The notes under the pieces are model-generated. The model did not search any database, was not told the origin of the DNA, and worked only from the letters and a program-made list of their open reading frames with translations. 24,641 nt of DNA from NCBI GenBank assembly GCA_016934415.1, contig JAFGSW010000052.1:1-24641 (forward strand). Reading direction: 5' to 3'. Each line of letters starts with the position of its first letter. Position 1 is the first letter of the stretch. This document shows positions 1 through 7,856 of this stretch, in pieces. The DNA is from Spirochaetales bacterium (GTDB lineage Bacteria > Spirochaetota > Spirochaetia > SZUA-6 > RPPD01). Made by a program: the position numbers and the translations under genes.

Positions 1-1
1 G

Positions 2-772
2 GCGGAGAACCAGGCCACCAACACGGCCGTGTACCAGAACGGCGGCTGCGGCGGGTCCAACAGCGAAATGATGCACTGCAACGGCTATATCGATTTCGGG
101 ACCATGTCCGGCGGCAGCTCGTCCTCGAGCTCGTCGAGCAGCTCATCCAGCAGTTCTTCAAGCAGCTCTTCGAGCAGTTCATCCTCCAGCTCTTCAAGCA
201 GCGGCGGCGGAACGAAATACATCACCTCGACGATCGAAGTGAACGGCGGTACGTATGACGGCGGCGGCCAGAGAATCATCGCCCAGGGGATGGGCGACGG
301 CAGCCAGGACGAAGACCAAAAGCCGATCTTCAAGGTCACGAACGGCACGGTCAAAAACGTCCGCATCGCCGCCCCGGGCTGCGACGGCATTCACGTGTAC
401 GGCAACTGCCGGATTGAAAACGTCGTCTGGGAAGACGTCGGCGAAGACGCCCTCACCGTGAAGGGCTCGGGAACCACCACCGTCTCCGGAGGCTCGGCGA
501 GCAGTGCCTCGGACAAAATCTTCCAACTCAACCAACAGTGCACCTTCACGGTGGAGAATTTCACGGCTTCCACGTTCGGCTGCTTCGTGCGGCAGAACGG
601 CGGGACGGACTTCGCCTGCACGATCTACGTGAACAACGTCACCCTGAACAATGGAAGTTACGGGGTCAGGACCGATTCCTCATCGACGAGAATCTATTAC
701 CGCAATGTGAACGCGTCCAATGTCAGCACATTGTGGAAAGTCCCGAACAGCTCACAGGTTCAGCCATACTAG
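2..772 (+). CDS. 5'-partial secreted pectate lyase, family PL3, with N-terminal carbohydrate-binding module and poly-Ser linker
   Basis: The frame is open from the window edge. The N-terminus (AENQATNTAVYQNGGCGGSNSEMMHCNGYIDFG) is about 93% identical at the DNA level to the CBM copy at 4357–4470. A 25-residue Ser run follows, then a parallel beta-helix region with PL3-like motifs (KPIFKV, GTVKNV, GCDGIHVYG, WEDVGEDALTVKG). Stop is TAG at 770–772. Confidence 0.7.
   Translation, partial: AENQATNTAVYQNGGCGGSNSEMMHCNGYIDFGTMSGGSSSSSSSSSSSSSSSSSSSSSSSSSSSSSGGGTKYITSTIEVNGGTYDGGGQRIIAQGMGDGSQDEDQKPIFKVTNGTVKNVRIAAPGCDGIHVYGNCRIENVVWEDVGEDALTVKGSGTTTVSGGSASSASDKIFQLNQQCTFTVENFTASTFGCFVRQNGGTDFACTIYVNNVTLNNGSYGVRTDSSSTRIYYRNVNASNVSTLWKVPNSSQVQPY
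112..200. repeat. Low-complexity poly-Ser linker coding repeat (mixed TCG/AGC/TCC/AGT codons)
   Basis: The linker SSSSSSSSSSSSSSSSSSSSSSSSS sits between the CBM and the catalytic domain. Its antisense reading gives the spurious ELLEELLDELL ORF at 85..390. Confidence 0.8.
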
Positions 773-980
773 AATACGGAGGCCCGGGGAGAGTGATGGG
801 ATAGTACTACATCTGAAGCGCATGTTCTCAAACGGGCATGCGCTTCCTTTTCTTTCGCCATTCCGAATGGAAATTTCCCGCCGCGGGAACCGCTCCCGGC
901 CTCGGATTCGCCGGCCGGAAGTGTGGATCCCTACAATTCGTCCTTTTGCCGGACAGTGCCCAGGGAAAGGAAGCCGGCGC

Positions 981-2498
981 ATGACCGCTCAAAAAATACC
1001 GATGCTTATAATAATTCTTATTTTTTGCCTCATCGCCTCCTTCGATTGCGAGAGGCGTTTTTCGGCGAATACACAAACCGAAAAGGTAATTCTAGCCCGC
1101 TTCGATCCGGCGGCCTGGCTTCCCGAGACGGTGAAGGTCGACCGCCAATGCCGGCGGATAGCCTTTCTGACGCGATCAGGCGAGAAAAAACGGGTCGTGA
1201 TCGACGGCAGGGCCGGTCGAGATTACAATCAGATCTTGGACGGCACGCCCGTCTTCAGCCCGGACGGAAAACACGCGGCCTTTGCGGTTCTCACTAACGG
1301 CTCATGGCGTATGGTGTATGACTGGATCGAGCGGCGGCCGTATCGGGGAATCGGGTACGGTTCCCCCGTCTTCAGCCCGGACGGACGACACATCGCCTAT
1401 AACGCCGTTCGAGACGGCCGCTGGCGGGTCGTGCTTGACGCTACGGAGCTGGAAACGTTCGACTCCATTCCAAACGTCCCCGTCTTCAGTCCCGACGGCG
1501 GGCGTCTCGCCTACCTTGGGGAAAACGGTAAAAAAACATACGCCGTCGTCGACGGTGTTCGATACGGCCCCTATGACGGGCTCGATCCGGCGACCCGCTT
1601 CTTCGCCCCGGCGGGCGAATCGTTCGCCTTCGCCGCCGTGCGGGACGGCGTCTCATTCGTGGTATGGAACGGCGAGGAAGGGAAAAAGTATTCCGGCGTC
1701 ATGAAAGGGACTCCCCTCTTCAGCCCGGACGGGAAGCGATTGGCGTATGCGGCCAAAACCGGCGAAAAAACCGTCATCGTGGTCGATCGCGAAGAAGGCG
1801 CCCCGTACGACGGCATCGGCGTGGGGACGATATCATTCAGTCCGGACAGCCGGCACCTGGCCTACCTGGCTTTCACAAAATTCGGCGAAGCGCGGAGTTG
1901 GCGGCTGGTGATCGACGGCGGCGAGCAGCCGGCCTTCGACGCGGTCTCGTATTACGCCTTCAGCCCTGTCGGCGACCGAATCGCATACGCCGCCCGTTCC
2001 GGCGGCACGTGGTCGGTCATGGTCGACGGATCGAAGCGGGGAGCATACGACGATATCTTCACGGTGGCGTTCGGCCCGAAAGGCACACACGCCGTCTGGG
2101 GAGCACGTTCGGGCGGGAAATATTTCTACGTCGTCGACGGAAAACCGGGGGAGAAGTTCGACAGCCTTCACCCCGGGGGAATTATTTTCAATCCCGACGG
2201 CGACCGTTTCGCCTACGCGGCGGCGGACTCGAACGGCGCCGTCGCGGTCCTGGACGGCCGTCGGCAGGAGCCCTATCACGACGTGCGGTCGCTCCTCTTC
2301 AGCTCTGACGGCGTCCACCTCGCCTATATCGCCGGACGCGGCGAAAAGTGGTGTGTGGTGACGGACGGCATGCCGGGCGATTGGTACGACGGGATTCTCA
2401 CGGGTCCGGGGGGATTGTATTTTGATGGGAAAAGCACACTGCAATATTCTGCCATTGAAGGCGAAAAGATTGTGCACGTACGGGAAGTCTTGCGATAA
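981..2498 (+). CDS. Secreted PD40/TolB-like WD40-like beta-propeller repeat protein
   Basis: ATG at 981 has AAGGAAG 8 nt upstream. The N-terminus is hydrophobic (MLIIILIFCLIASF). At least 8 repeats of the [VI]FSPDG[KR](H/R)(L/I)AY motif are spaced about 45 aa apart (VFSPDGKHAAFA, VFSPDGRHIAYN, VFSPDGGRLAYL, LFSPDGKRLAYA and others). The ORF-track start at 720 overlaps the upstream gene and is rejected. Stop is TAA. Confidence 0.6.
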   Translation: MTAQKIPMLIIILIFCLIASFDCERRFSANTQTEKVILARFDPAAWLPETVKVDRQCRRIAFLTRSGEKKRVVIDGRAGRDYNQILDGTPVFSPDGKHAAFAVLTNGSWRMVYDWIERRPYRGIGYGSPVFSPDGRHIAYNAVRDGRWRVVLDATELETFDSIPNVPVFSPDGGRLAYLGENGKKTYAVVDGVRYGPYDGLDPATRFFAPAGESFAFAAVRDGVSFVVWNGEEGKKYSGVMKGTPLFSPDGKRLAYAAKTGEKTVIVVDREEGAPYDGIGVGTISFSPDSRHLAYLAFTKFGEARSWRLVIDGGEQPAFDAVSYYAFSPVGDRIAYAARSGGTWSVMVDGSKRGAYDDIFTVAFGPKGTHAVWGARSGGKYFYVVDGKPGEKFDSLHPGGIIFNPDGDRFAYAAADSNGAVAVLDGRRQEPYHDVRSLLFSSDGVHLAYIAGRGEKWCVVTDGMPGDWYDGILTGPGGLYFDGKSTLQYSAIEGEKIVHVREVLR

Positions 2499-2714
2499 CT
2501 AAATCTGAAAGCGGAGATCTCACTCGAAAACGATCGATCACCCGAAAAGACTTCACGTTGACGTTAACGCCACAGCCGACACACAAGCCGATCGGGAACA
2601 TCAACCCGGCATTGGCTTCCGCCCAATGATGGAATTACATTTCACTTTCATCGCGCGCAATACCGGTTTACTTGATGAAAAAAGATTTTTTGACTCAATA
2701 ATGGTATATAAAGG

Positions 2715-2743
2715 TTGACAATCCTCGACCTAATAATAAAATC
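2715..2743 (+). promoter_or_regulatory. Possible sigma70-like promoter (TTGACA-16-TAAAAT) in AT-rich intergenic region
   Basis: TTGACA lies at 2715–2720 and TAAAAT at 2737–2742. The next start codon is about 300 nt downstream, which implies a long leader. Confidence 0.2.
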
Positions 2744-3045
2744 AATCACGTACTCGATCTTGCATTTAGTTATAAAAGCGGTATAAAAATCGTAAAAGCC
2801 TTACGCACCTTATTGCTGCAAGGAGCGTCACTCCTTCGCGGTTAGTGAGGAACTGATGAGTAAAGACCGAATCATGTTATCCGCCTCAATTTTCGTTTCC
2901 CTAAATGAAAAGCCATGGAACCAAGTCAAAAACATGATGTCGATACAAAAAGAGTTCATCATCGGTTTTGTAGAAGACCGAAAAGTGAAAGCCTAAAGGC
3001 GGAAACATAGACGGGAACGGCTTTAGGCGAAAAAGGGGGAAATCG

Positions 3046-4218
3046 ATGTTTAAAAAATTCCTAATTCTCCTGGCGCTCACCACTCTGGCGGTATTTGCAT
3101 GTCTACCGCCGAGCGTCAGCAACAATGACAATGGCGGCAGCAGGGCGACCAGCACGATCGTCGTGCGCGCCACAGGCGTCTCCGGCAGCGAGCAGATTCG
3201 GCTGACAGTCGGCGGCTCCACCGTCCAGACGTGGACGCTCACCACCGGCATGGCCAACTACACGGCCACCACCGACAACATCGGCGCGGTCCGCGTCGAG
3301 TTCTTCAACGACGGAAGCGGCCGGGACGTACAGGTGGACTACATCACCATGAACGGGACCACGCTGCAGGCCGAGGACCAGGCCGCCAACACCGGCTCCT
3401 GGAACTCGAGCGCGAACTCCTGCGGCGGCGTGAAATCCGAAATGTTGTACTGCAACGGCTCTATCGATTTCGGCAATGTATCCGGCGGCAGCTCTTCCAG
3501 CAGTTCCTCGAGCAGTTCGTCCTCAAGCTCATCAACCGGCAGCTCATCGAGCAGTTCCTCAGGCGGCACCTCAGTCTCCATCGCATGCGGCGGCAATTCG
3601 GCCGTGGGGAGTTTCCAAGCCGACCAGTACTACTCCGGCGGCAATACCTACCGCAACAGTAATACGATCAACGTCTCGCAAATCACCAGCAATCCGCCTC
3701 CGGCCGCACTCTTCAACAATGAGCGTTACGGCTCGACGACCTACACGATCCCCGGCTTCAGCGCGGGAAGCTCGTGTAGCGTGACGCTGTACTTCGCCGA
3801 GACCTATCACTCCTCGTCGGGGCAGCGGTCTTTCAATGTGTCCATCAATGGCAACCAAGTTCTCTCGAACTTCGACATCTACTCGGCCGCCGGCGGCCAA
3901 AACAAGGCCATCGCCCGGTCGTTCACGACCTCGGCCAACTCAAGCGGCCAAGTTGTGATCCAGTTAACAACCGTCAATGAGAATGCGAAGATCAACGGCA
4001 TCGCCGTACAGTCCGGCGGTGGCTCATCCTCCAGTTCTTCGAGCAGCTCGTCCAGCAGTTCGTCCAGCAGCTCATCCAGTACTTCGTCCAGCAGTTCGTC
4101 GACCGGTTCATCGAGTAGCTCGTCCGGCGGTGCCAACACCATCGTCGTCCGGGCCAAAGGCACGGCGGGCACGGAGTCCGTCAGCCTGAAAGTCGACTCG
4201 ACGACCGTCGGCACCTAG
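3046..4218 (+). CDS. Lipoprotein with CBM-X, poly-Ser linker, malectin/CBM57-like domain, poly-Ser linker and the first third of a second CBM-X (N-terminal portion of the interrupted CE15 gene)
   Basis: ATG at 3046 has AAGGGGG 7 nt upstream. The signal peptide carries a lipobox-like LAVFAC. The malectin-like segment is IACGGNSAVGSFQADQYY...YTIPGF...VTLYFAETYHSSSGQRSFNVSINGNQVLSNFDIYSAAGG...INGIAVQ. It ends at TAG. Confidence 0.6.
   Translation: MFKKFLILLALTTLAVFACLPPSVSNNDNGGSRATSTIVVRATGVSGSEQIRLTVGGSTVQTWTLTTGMANYTATTDNIGAVRVEFFNDGSGRDVQVDYITMNGTTLQAEDQAANTGSWNSSANSCGGVKSEMLYCNGSIDFGNVSGGSSSSSSSSSSSSSSSTGSSSSSSSGGTSVSIACGGNSAVGSFQADQYYSGGNTYRNSNTINVSQITSNPPPAALFNNERYGSTTYTIPGFSAGSSCSVTLYFAETYHSSSGQRSFNVSINGNQVLSNFDIYSAAGGQNKAIARSFTTSANSSGQVVIQLTTVNENAKINGIAVQSGGGSSSSSSSSSSSSSSSSSSSTSSSSSSTGSSSSSSGGANTIVVRAKGTAGTESVSLKVDSTTVGT
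3487..3570. repeat. Poly-Ser linker low-complexity repeat
   Basis: Region SSSSSSSSSSSSSSSSTGSSSSSSSGG, with an antisense spurious ELLEELL ORF. Confidence 0.8.
4021..4125. repeat. Poly-Ser linker low-complexity repeat
   Basis: About 35 consecutive Ser/Thr residues encoded with mixed Ser codons. Confidence 0.8.
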
Positions 4219-4233
4219 ACGCTCTCCACCTCC

Positions 4234-5685
4234 ATGACCAACTACACCTACTCGACCAATGCCAGTTCCGGCAACATCACCTTCAACTTCACGAATGACG
4301 CGTCCGGCCGCGACGTGCAGTGCGATTACATCACGGTGAACGGATCGACCCGCCAGGCCGAGAACCAAGCCACCAACACGGCCGTCTATCAGAACGGCGG
4401 CTGCGGCGGGTCCAATAGCGAAATGATGCACTGTAACGGCTACATCGATTTCGGAACCATTTCCGGCGGCGGCAGCTCGTCCTCAAGCTCATCAAGCAGC
4501 TCATCGAGTAGCTCGTCCAGCAGTTCATCCAGCAGCTCCTCCTCCAGCAGCAGCGGTTCGTGTAATATACCGTCAATGCCTTCGTATTCGTCTCTGCCGT
4601 CCAATTCCTATCTCCCCGATCCCTTTACGTTCATGAACGGCTCGCGCATGACCAGCAAAAGTCAATGGAGTTGTCGTCGCGCGGAGATAGCCGCGTTGGC
4701 CCAGGAATTTGAATTCGGCCAGAAACCGGCGGCACCTTCCAATGTCACGGGTTCCTACAGCAACAACAACATCACGGTCAATGTCACCGAAAACGGCAAA
4801 TCGATTTCATTCTCGTGTTCGATCACCTATCCTAGTTCAGGGACCAAGCCTTATCCCGCCATCATCGGGGTCGGAGGCGATTCGTTGAACACTTCGGCTA
4901 TCACGCAGATGGGAGTCGCCCTCATTAATTTCCCCAACAACGACATTGCGGCCCAGAACGATAGCGGTTCCCGTGGCCAGGGCAAGTTCTACACAATTTA
5001 CGGCAGCAACCACTCGGCCGGCGCGTTGATCGCCTGGGCATGGGGCGTCGACTGCTTGATCACCGCCCTTGAAAAGACCTCGGCGGCCAACATCAATCCG
5101 GCCAAACTCGGCGTCACCGGGTGCTCCCGCAACGGGAAAGGCGCTTTGGCCGTCGGCGCTTTCTGCGAACGAATCGCACTCACCATACCCCAGGAATCGG
5201 GAGCCGGCGGCGCGGCCAGCTGGCGCGTTTCCGATTGGCAAAAATCCCAGGGTCAGAACGTCCAGACGCTTTCGCAGATCGTGACGGAGAACTGCTGGTT
5301 CAGATCGAATTTCTCTCAGTTCGGCGGCACGGCCAACAAACTCCCGTTCGATCATCACATGATCGCAGCGCTCTGCGCACCGCGAGCCCTGCTCTTCATA
5401 GAAAACACACAAATGGAGTGGCTGGGAAACGTGAGCACGTGGACGACCGGCAATGCGGCCCATTACGTATGGGAAGCGCTCGGCGTGCCGGACAAGATGG
5501 GTTTCTCACAAGCCGGCCATTCCGACCATTGCGGTTTCCCTTCTTCCCAGCAGCCTGAGGTGACCGCGTACATCCAGAAATTCCTGCTCGGCGGCAGCGG
5601 CAACACGACCGTTATGAAAACGGACGGGAATCTGAATTTCGACAAGGCCAAATGGGTCAATTGGTCGGTTCTGTCCTTGAATTAA
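4234..5685 (+). CDS. CE15 glucuronoyl esterase catalytic domain preceded by the remainder of CBM-X and a poly-Ser linker (C-terminal portion of the interrupted gene)
   Basis: Carries the CE15 consensus GVTGCSRNGKGAL (G-C-S-R-x-G, nucleophile Ser), followed by PRALLFIEN and GHSDHCGF. There is no signal peptide after the ATG at 4234. Stop is TAA. Confidence 0.65.
   Translation: MTNYTYSTNASSGNITFNFTNDASGRDVQCDYITVNGSTRQAENQATNTAVYQNGGCGGSNSEMMHCNGYIDFGTISGGGSSSSSSSSSSSSSSSSSSSSSSSSSSSGSCNIPSMPSYSSLPSNSYLPDPFTFMNGSRMTSKSQWSCRRAEIAALAQEFEFGQKPAAPSNVTGSYSNNNITVNVTENGKSISFSCSITYPSSGTKPYPAIIGVGGDSLNTSAITQMGVALINFPNNDIAAQNDSGSRGQGKFYTIYGSNHSAGALIAWAWGVDCLITALEKTSAANINPAKLGVTGCSRNGKGALAVGAFCERIALTIPQESGAGGAASWRVSDWQKSQGQNVQTLSQIVTENCWFRSNFSQFGGTANKLPFDHHMIAALCAPRALLFIENTQMEWLGNVSTWTTGNAAHYVWEALGVPDKMGFSQAGHSDHCGFPSSQQPEVTAYIQKFLLGGSGNTTVMKTDGNLNFDKAKWVNWSVLSLN
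4474..4557. repeat. Poly-Ser linker low-complexity repeat
   Basis: A run of about 27 Ser residues before the CE15 domain. Confidence 0.8.
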
Positions 5686-5705
5686 AAAAATTTTTGCGAA
5701 TGATT

Positions 5706-5769
5706 TCGCCGGGGATGGGAAGAACAGCGGCGGCGACACCGCGTTCGAATATCCCCGGCGCTTTTTTAT
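5706..5769. terminator. Candidate bidirectional terminator between convergent genes
   Basis: Inverted repeat gccggggat ... atccccggc with T-runs on both sides (cgcttttttat on + and aaaaaaattttt on the other side). Confidence 0.35.
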
Positions 5770-5782
5770 CGAACCGATAATT

Positions 5783-7567
5783 TCAGCGAAATGATAGTTT
5801 CCATACACCCGTGCCATTCGTTCCGGCAAAGATATTCGTGCCGCTTATAGCGAGCGAATAGACGTCGGTCTGCTGCATTCCGGAAGCGGCCTCAGCCCAG
5901 CTTGCGCCATTGTCGGTTGAAAAGAAAACGCCCCCGCCGTATGTTCCGGCGAAGACTGTCGTACCGCCCGACGCGAGTGAATTGATTTGAGTGTACGTCA
6001 GACCTGTGTTCACCGGACGCCAGCTTGCGCCATTGTCGGTTGAAAGAAAAACGCCCCCGCCGGGAGTCGCGGCGAAAATATCGGCGCCGCTTACGGAGAG
6101 AGAAAAAATCTGGGTGTTTGTCAAACCCGAATTGACCGGAGCCCAGCTGACGCCGTTGTCTGTGGACAGGAAAACACCGCCGCCGAACGTGCCCGCGAAG
6201 ACATTCCCGCCGCTTGAGGCGAGACACCCGACATTAAGGTTTGTCAACCCGGAATTAGCCGCTCTCCAGCTTGAACCGTTATCGGTGGTCAGAAACACGC
6301 CGCCGCCGAACGTGCCCGCGAAGACATTCCCGCCGCTTGAGGCGAGAGAATAGACCTGAGGAGTGGAGAGGCCCGAATTGACCGCTCTCCAGCTCGCGCC
6401 ATTATCAGCGGAGCGAAAAACACCCCCGCCGTTGGTTCCGGCGAAGATATTCGTTCCACTGGCGGCCAGACAAAAGACATTCGGGTTGGTCAAACCGGAA
6501 TTCATTTCTTTCCAGTTATCGCCGCTGTCGTCGAAAAGAAATACACCCGCGCCGTGGGTTCCGGCAAAAAGGTTCGTCCCATTTCTGACAATAGTTCCGA
6601 CAAAAGTATTCTTCAAACCCGAATTGACGCCCTTCCAGCTTTTGCCATTGTCGGTCGAAAGAAATACTCCTCCGCCGTCGGTTCCGGCGAGAACGTTTCC
6701 ACCGCTTACCACGAGTGAGTAGACGAACCGATTCGTCAATCCCGAATCCATCGGGCGCCAGCTCCGCCCCCCATCGGCGGAATAAAAAACACCGCCGGCC
6801 GTTCCGGCGAAAATATCCGAGCCGTCGGCCGCGAGCGAGTAGACATTCATATTCATCACGCCTGAATTGGCCGCTTTCCAGCTTGTCCCATTGTTCCTGG
6901 ATTCAAAAATCCCGCCGCCGAACGTTCCGGCGAAAACCACCGCGCCGCCGGCGGCGAGTGAAATGACGTGCGTATTTGTCAGGCTTGAATTCACCGGACG
7001 CCAGCTGACACCGTTATCGGAAGAATGAAAAACGCCGCTGTTCTCGCTGCCGGCATAAACGTTCGTTCCGCTGACGGCGAGAGAGGAAACATCAATGCCC
7101 AAGCCTGAATCGACGACACTCAACCCCGATCCAGTGTCGGTAATAACAAACACCCCACCGCTGGTGCCTGCGAATACCTTCGTTCCATTGACTGCCAGGG
7201 CGAAGCAGAAAGAATCTTTCGGGATGGCGTCGATCAATTCCCAGCTTCCGCCGTTATCAGTTGAAACGAAAACACCGCCATTGGTTCCGGCGAAGATATT
7301 CGGGCCGCCGACGGCAAGGGAATAAATATTACTTCTGGTCAGTCCCGAATTGACGGCATTCCAGCTACTGCCATTGTCGGTGGAATGGTAAACGCCGCCG
7401 CCTTCAGTTCCGGCGAAAATATTCTTGCCCTTGACCGCAAAGCAATGGATATACCCGCCATAAGGTCCGTTGGTTTGAACCCATCGCGGGGAAAGTTGAT
7501 TGGTGCGTGGACAACTCGGGGTAGACAACAGGGCGCCGAGCAAGAGAAGTTGAACTATCTTTTTCAT
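5783..7567 (-). CDS. Secreted BNR/Asp-box (Ycf48/sortilin-like) beta-propeller repeat protein
   Basis: ATG (revcomp) at 7567 has GGAG upstream. The signal peptide is MKKIVQLLLLGALLSTPS. About fourteen 41-aa repeats each contain FAGTxGGGVFxSTDNGxSWxxVNSGLTN. Stop is TGA. The plus-strand ORFs in this span are antisense artefacts of the repeats. Confidence 0.75.
   Translation of the reverse strand: MKKIVQLLLLGALLSTPSCPRTNQLSPRWVQTNGPYGGYIHCFAVKGKNIFAGTEGGGVYHSTDNGSSWNAVNSGLTRSNIYSLAVGGPNIFAGTNGGVFVSTDNGGSWELIDAIPKDSFCFALAVNGTKVFAGTSGGVFVITDTGSGLSVVDSGLGIDVSSLAVSGTNVYAGSENSGVFHSSDNGVSWRPVNSSLTNTHVISLAAGGAVVFAGTFGGGIFESRNNGTSWKAANSGVMNMNVYSLAADGSDIFAGTAGGVFYSADGGRSWRPMDSGLTNRFVYSLVVSGGNVLAGTDGGGVFLSTDNGKSWKGVNSGLKNTFVGTIVRNGTNLFAGTHGAGVFLFDDSGDNWKEMNSGLTNPNVFCLAASGTNIFAGTNGGGVFRSADNGASWRAVNSGLSTPQVYSLASSGGNVFAGTFGGGVFLTTDNGSSWRAANSGLTNLNVGCLASSGGNVFAGTFGGGVFLSTDNGVSWAPVNSGLTNTQIFSLSVSGADIFAATPGGGVFLSTDNGASWRPVNTGLTYTQINSLASGGTTVFAGTYGGGVFFSTDNGASWAEAASGMQQTDVYSLAISGTNIFAGTNGTGVWKLSFR
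5900..7450. repeat. Tandem ~123-bp coding repeats (about 14 copies) with near-perfect 50-bp identical stretches
   Basis: The stretch ccgccgccgaacgtgcccgcgaagacattcccgccgcttgaggcgaga occurs identically near 6177 and 6297. Periodic GGGVF/STDNG codon blocks run throughout. Confidence 0.65.
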
Positions 7568-7817
7568 GTTGCTCTCCTTAATGCGGCGTCAGAGTACGCG
7601 AAAACGATGCCCGCGGAAAAATCAATACTTCCTCAAGGCTCTCTTTTTAAAATATTCCACTTTCGGATGATAGCTAATGTGATCATTCGATGCAAGGTTC
7701 ATAAAATACAAATATAGACTCTATGGAATAATTCGTTTTCCATTACAAAAGCCGGATGAGCTCAAGGCCCCCCGCTTTTCCCTTCCATCACCGCCGCCGG
7801 GGCGTACATCGCCTTCG

Positions 7818-7847
7818 TTGACCATTACGCTCCATCGTGGTAATAAT
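7818..7847 (+). promoter_or_regulatory. Candidate sigma70-like promoter TTGACC-17/18-TAATAA(T) for the ECF sigma gene
   Basis: TTGACC lies at 7818–7823 and TAATAA/AATAAT at 7841–7847. The TTG used as ORF-track start at 7818 lies in the -35 box, which favours the ATG at 7857 as the start. Confidence 0.25.
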
Positions 7848-7856
7848 CTTTTCAGC

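Larger units (their letters stand above)
3046..5685 (+). pseudogene. Multi-domain lipoprotein: CBM-X / malectin(CBM57) / CBM-X / CE15 4-O-methyl-glucuronoyl methylesterase, interrupted by a single in-frame TAG at 4216–4218
   Basis: Both ORFs (3046..4218 and 4234..5685) are in the same frame (position mod 3 = 1). The stop codon falls inside the second CBM copy, where the first copy has Trp (acgTGGacgctcaccacc vs accTAGacgctctccacc). The downstream ORF has no signal peptide of its own. The GCSRNG catalytic serine motif is the CE15 hallmark. Confidence 0.6.

Noticed and set aside
85-390. Minus-strand ORFs rich in ELLEELLDELLDE (also 3339..3596 and 3879..4214)
   Set aside because: They are antisense readings of the poly-Ser linker codons (AGC/TCG/TCC read in reverse give GAG/CTC/GAC) and are fully nested in well-supported plus-strand genes.
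720-980. ORF-track start at 720 for the PD40 gene, overlapping the pectate lyase 3' end
   Set aside because: The first 87 codons overlap the upstream gene and lack signal-peptide character. The ATG at 981 has an RBS and a hydrophobic N-terminus.
1664-2308. Arg-rich 214-aa ORF on the plus strand and a 214-aa minus-strand ORF (1833..2477)
   Set aside because: They overlap the PD40 repeat gene in alternative frames. The composition (RRRRR runs) is typical of GC-rich off-frame translation, and there are no RBS or domain signals.
2850-2880. CUGAUGAG motif reminiscent of a hammerhead ribozyme core
   Set aside because: The flanking sequence does not form stems I, II or III, and the GAAA box is not correctly positioned (CGAAUC follows). 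It is probably a chance heptamer.
5991-7325. Series of plus-strand ORFs with PPPNVPAKTFPPLEAR periodicity
   Set aside because: They are antisense translations of the 123-bp BNR repeats of the minus-strand gene. The periodicity mirrors the real gene.
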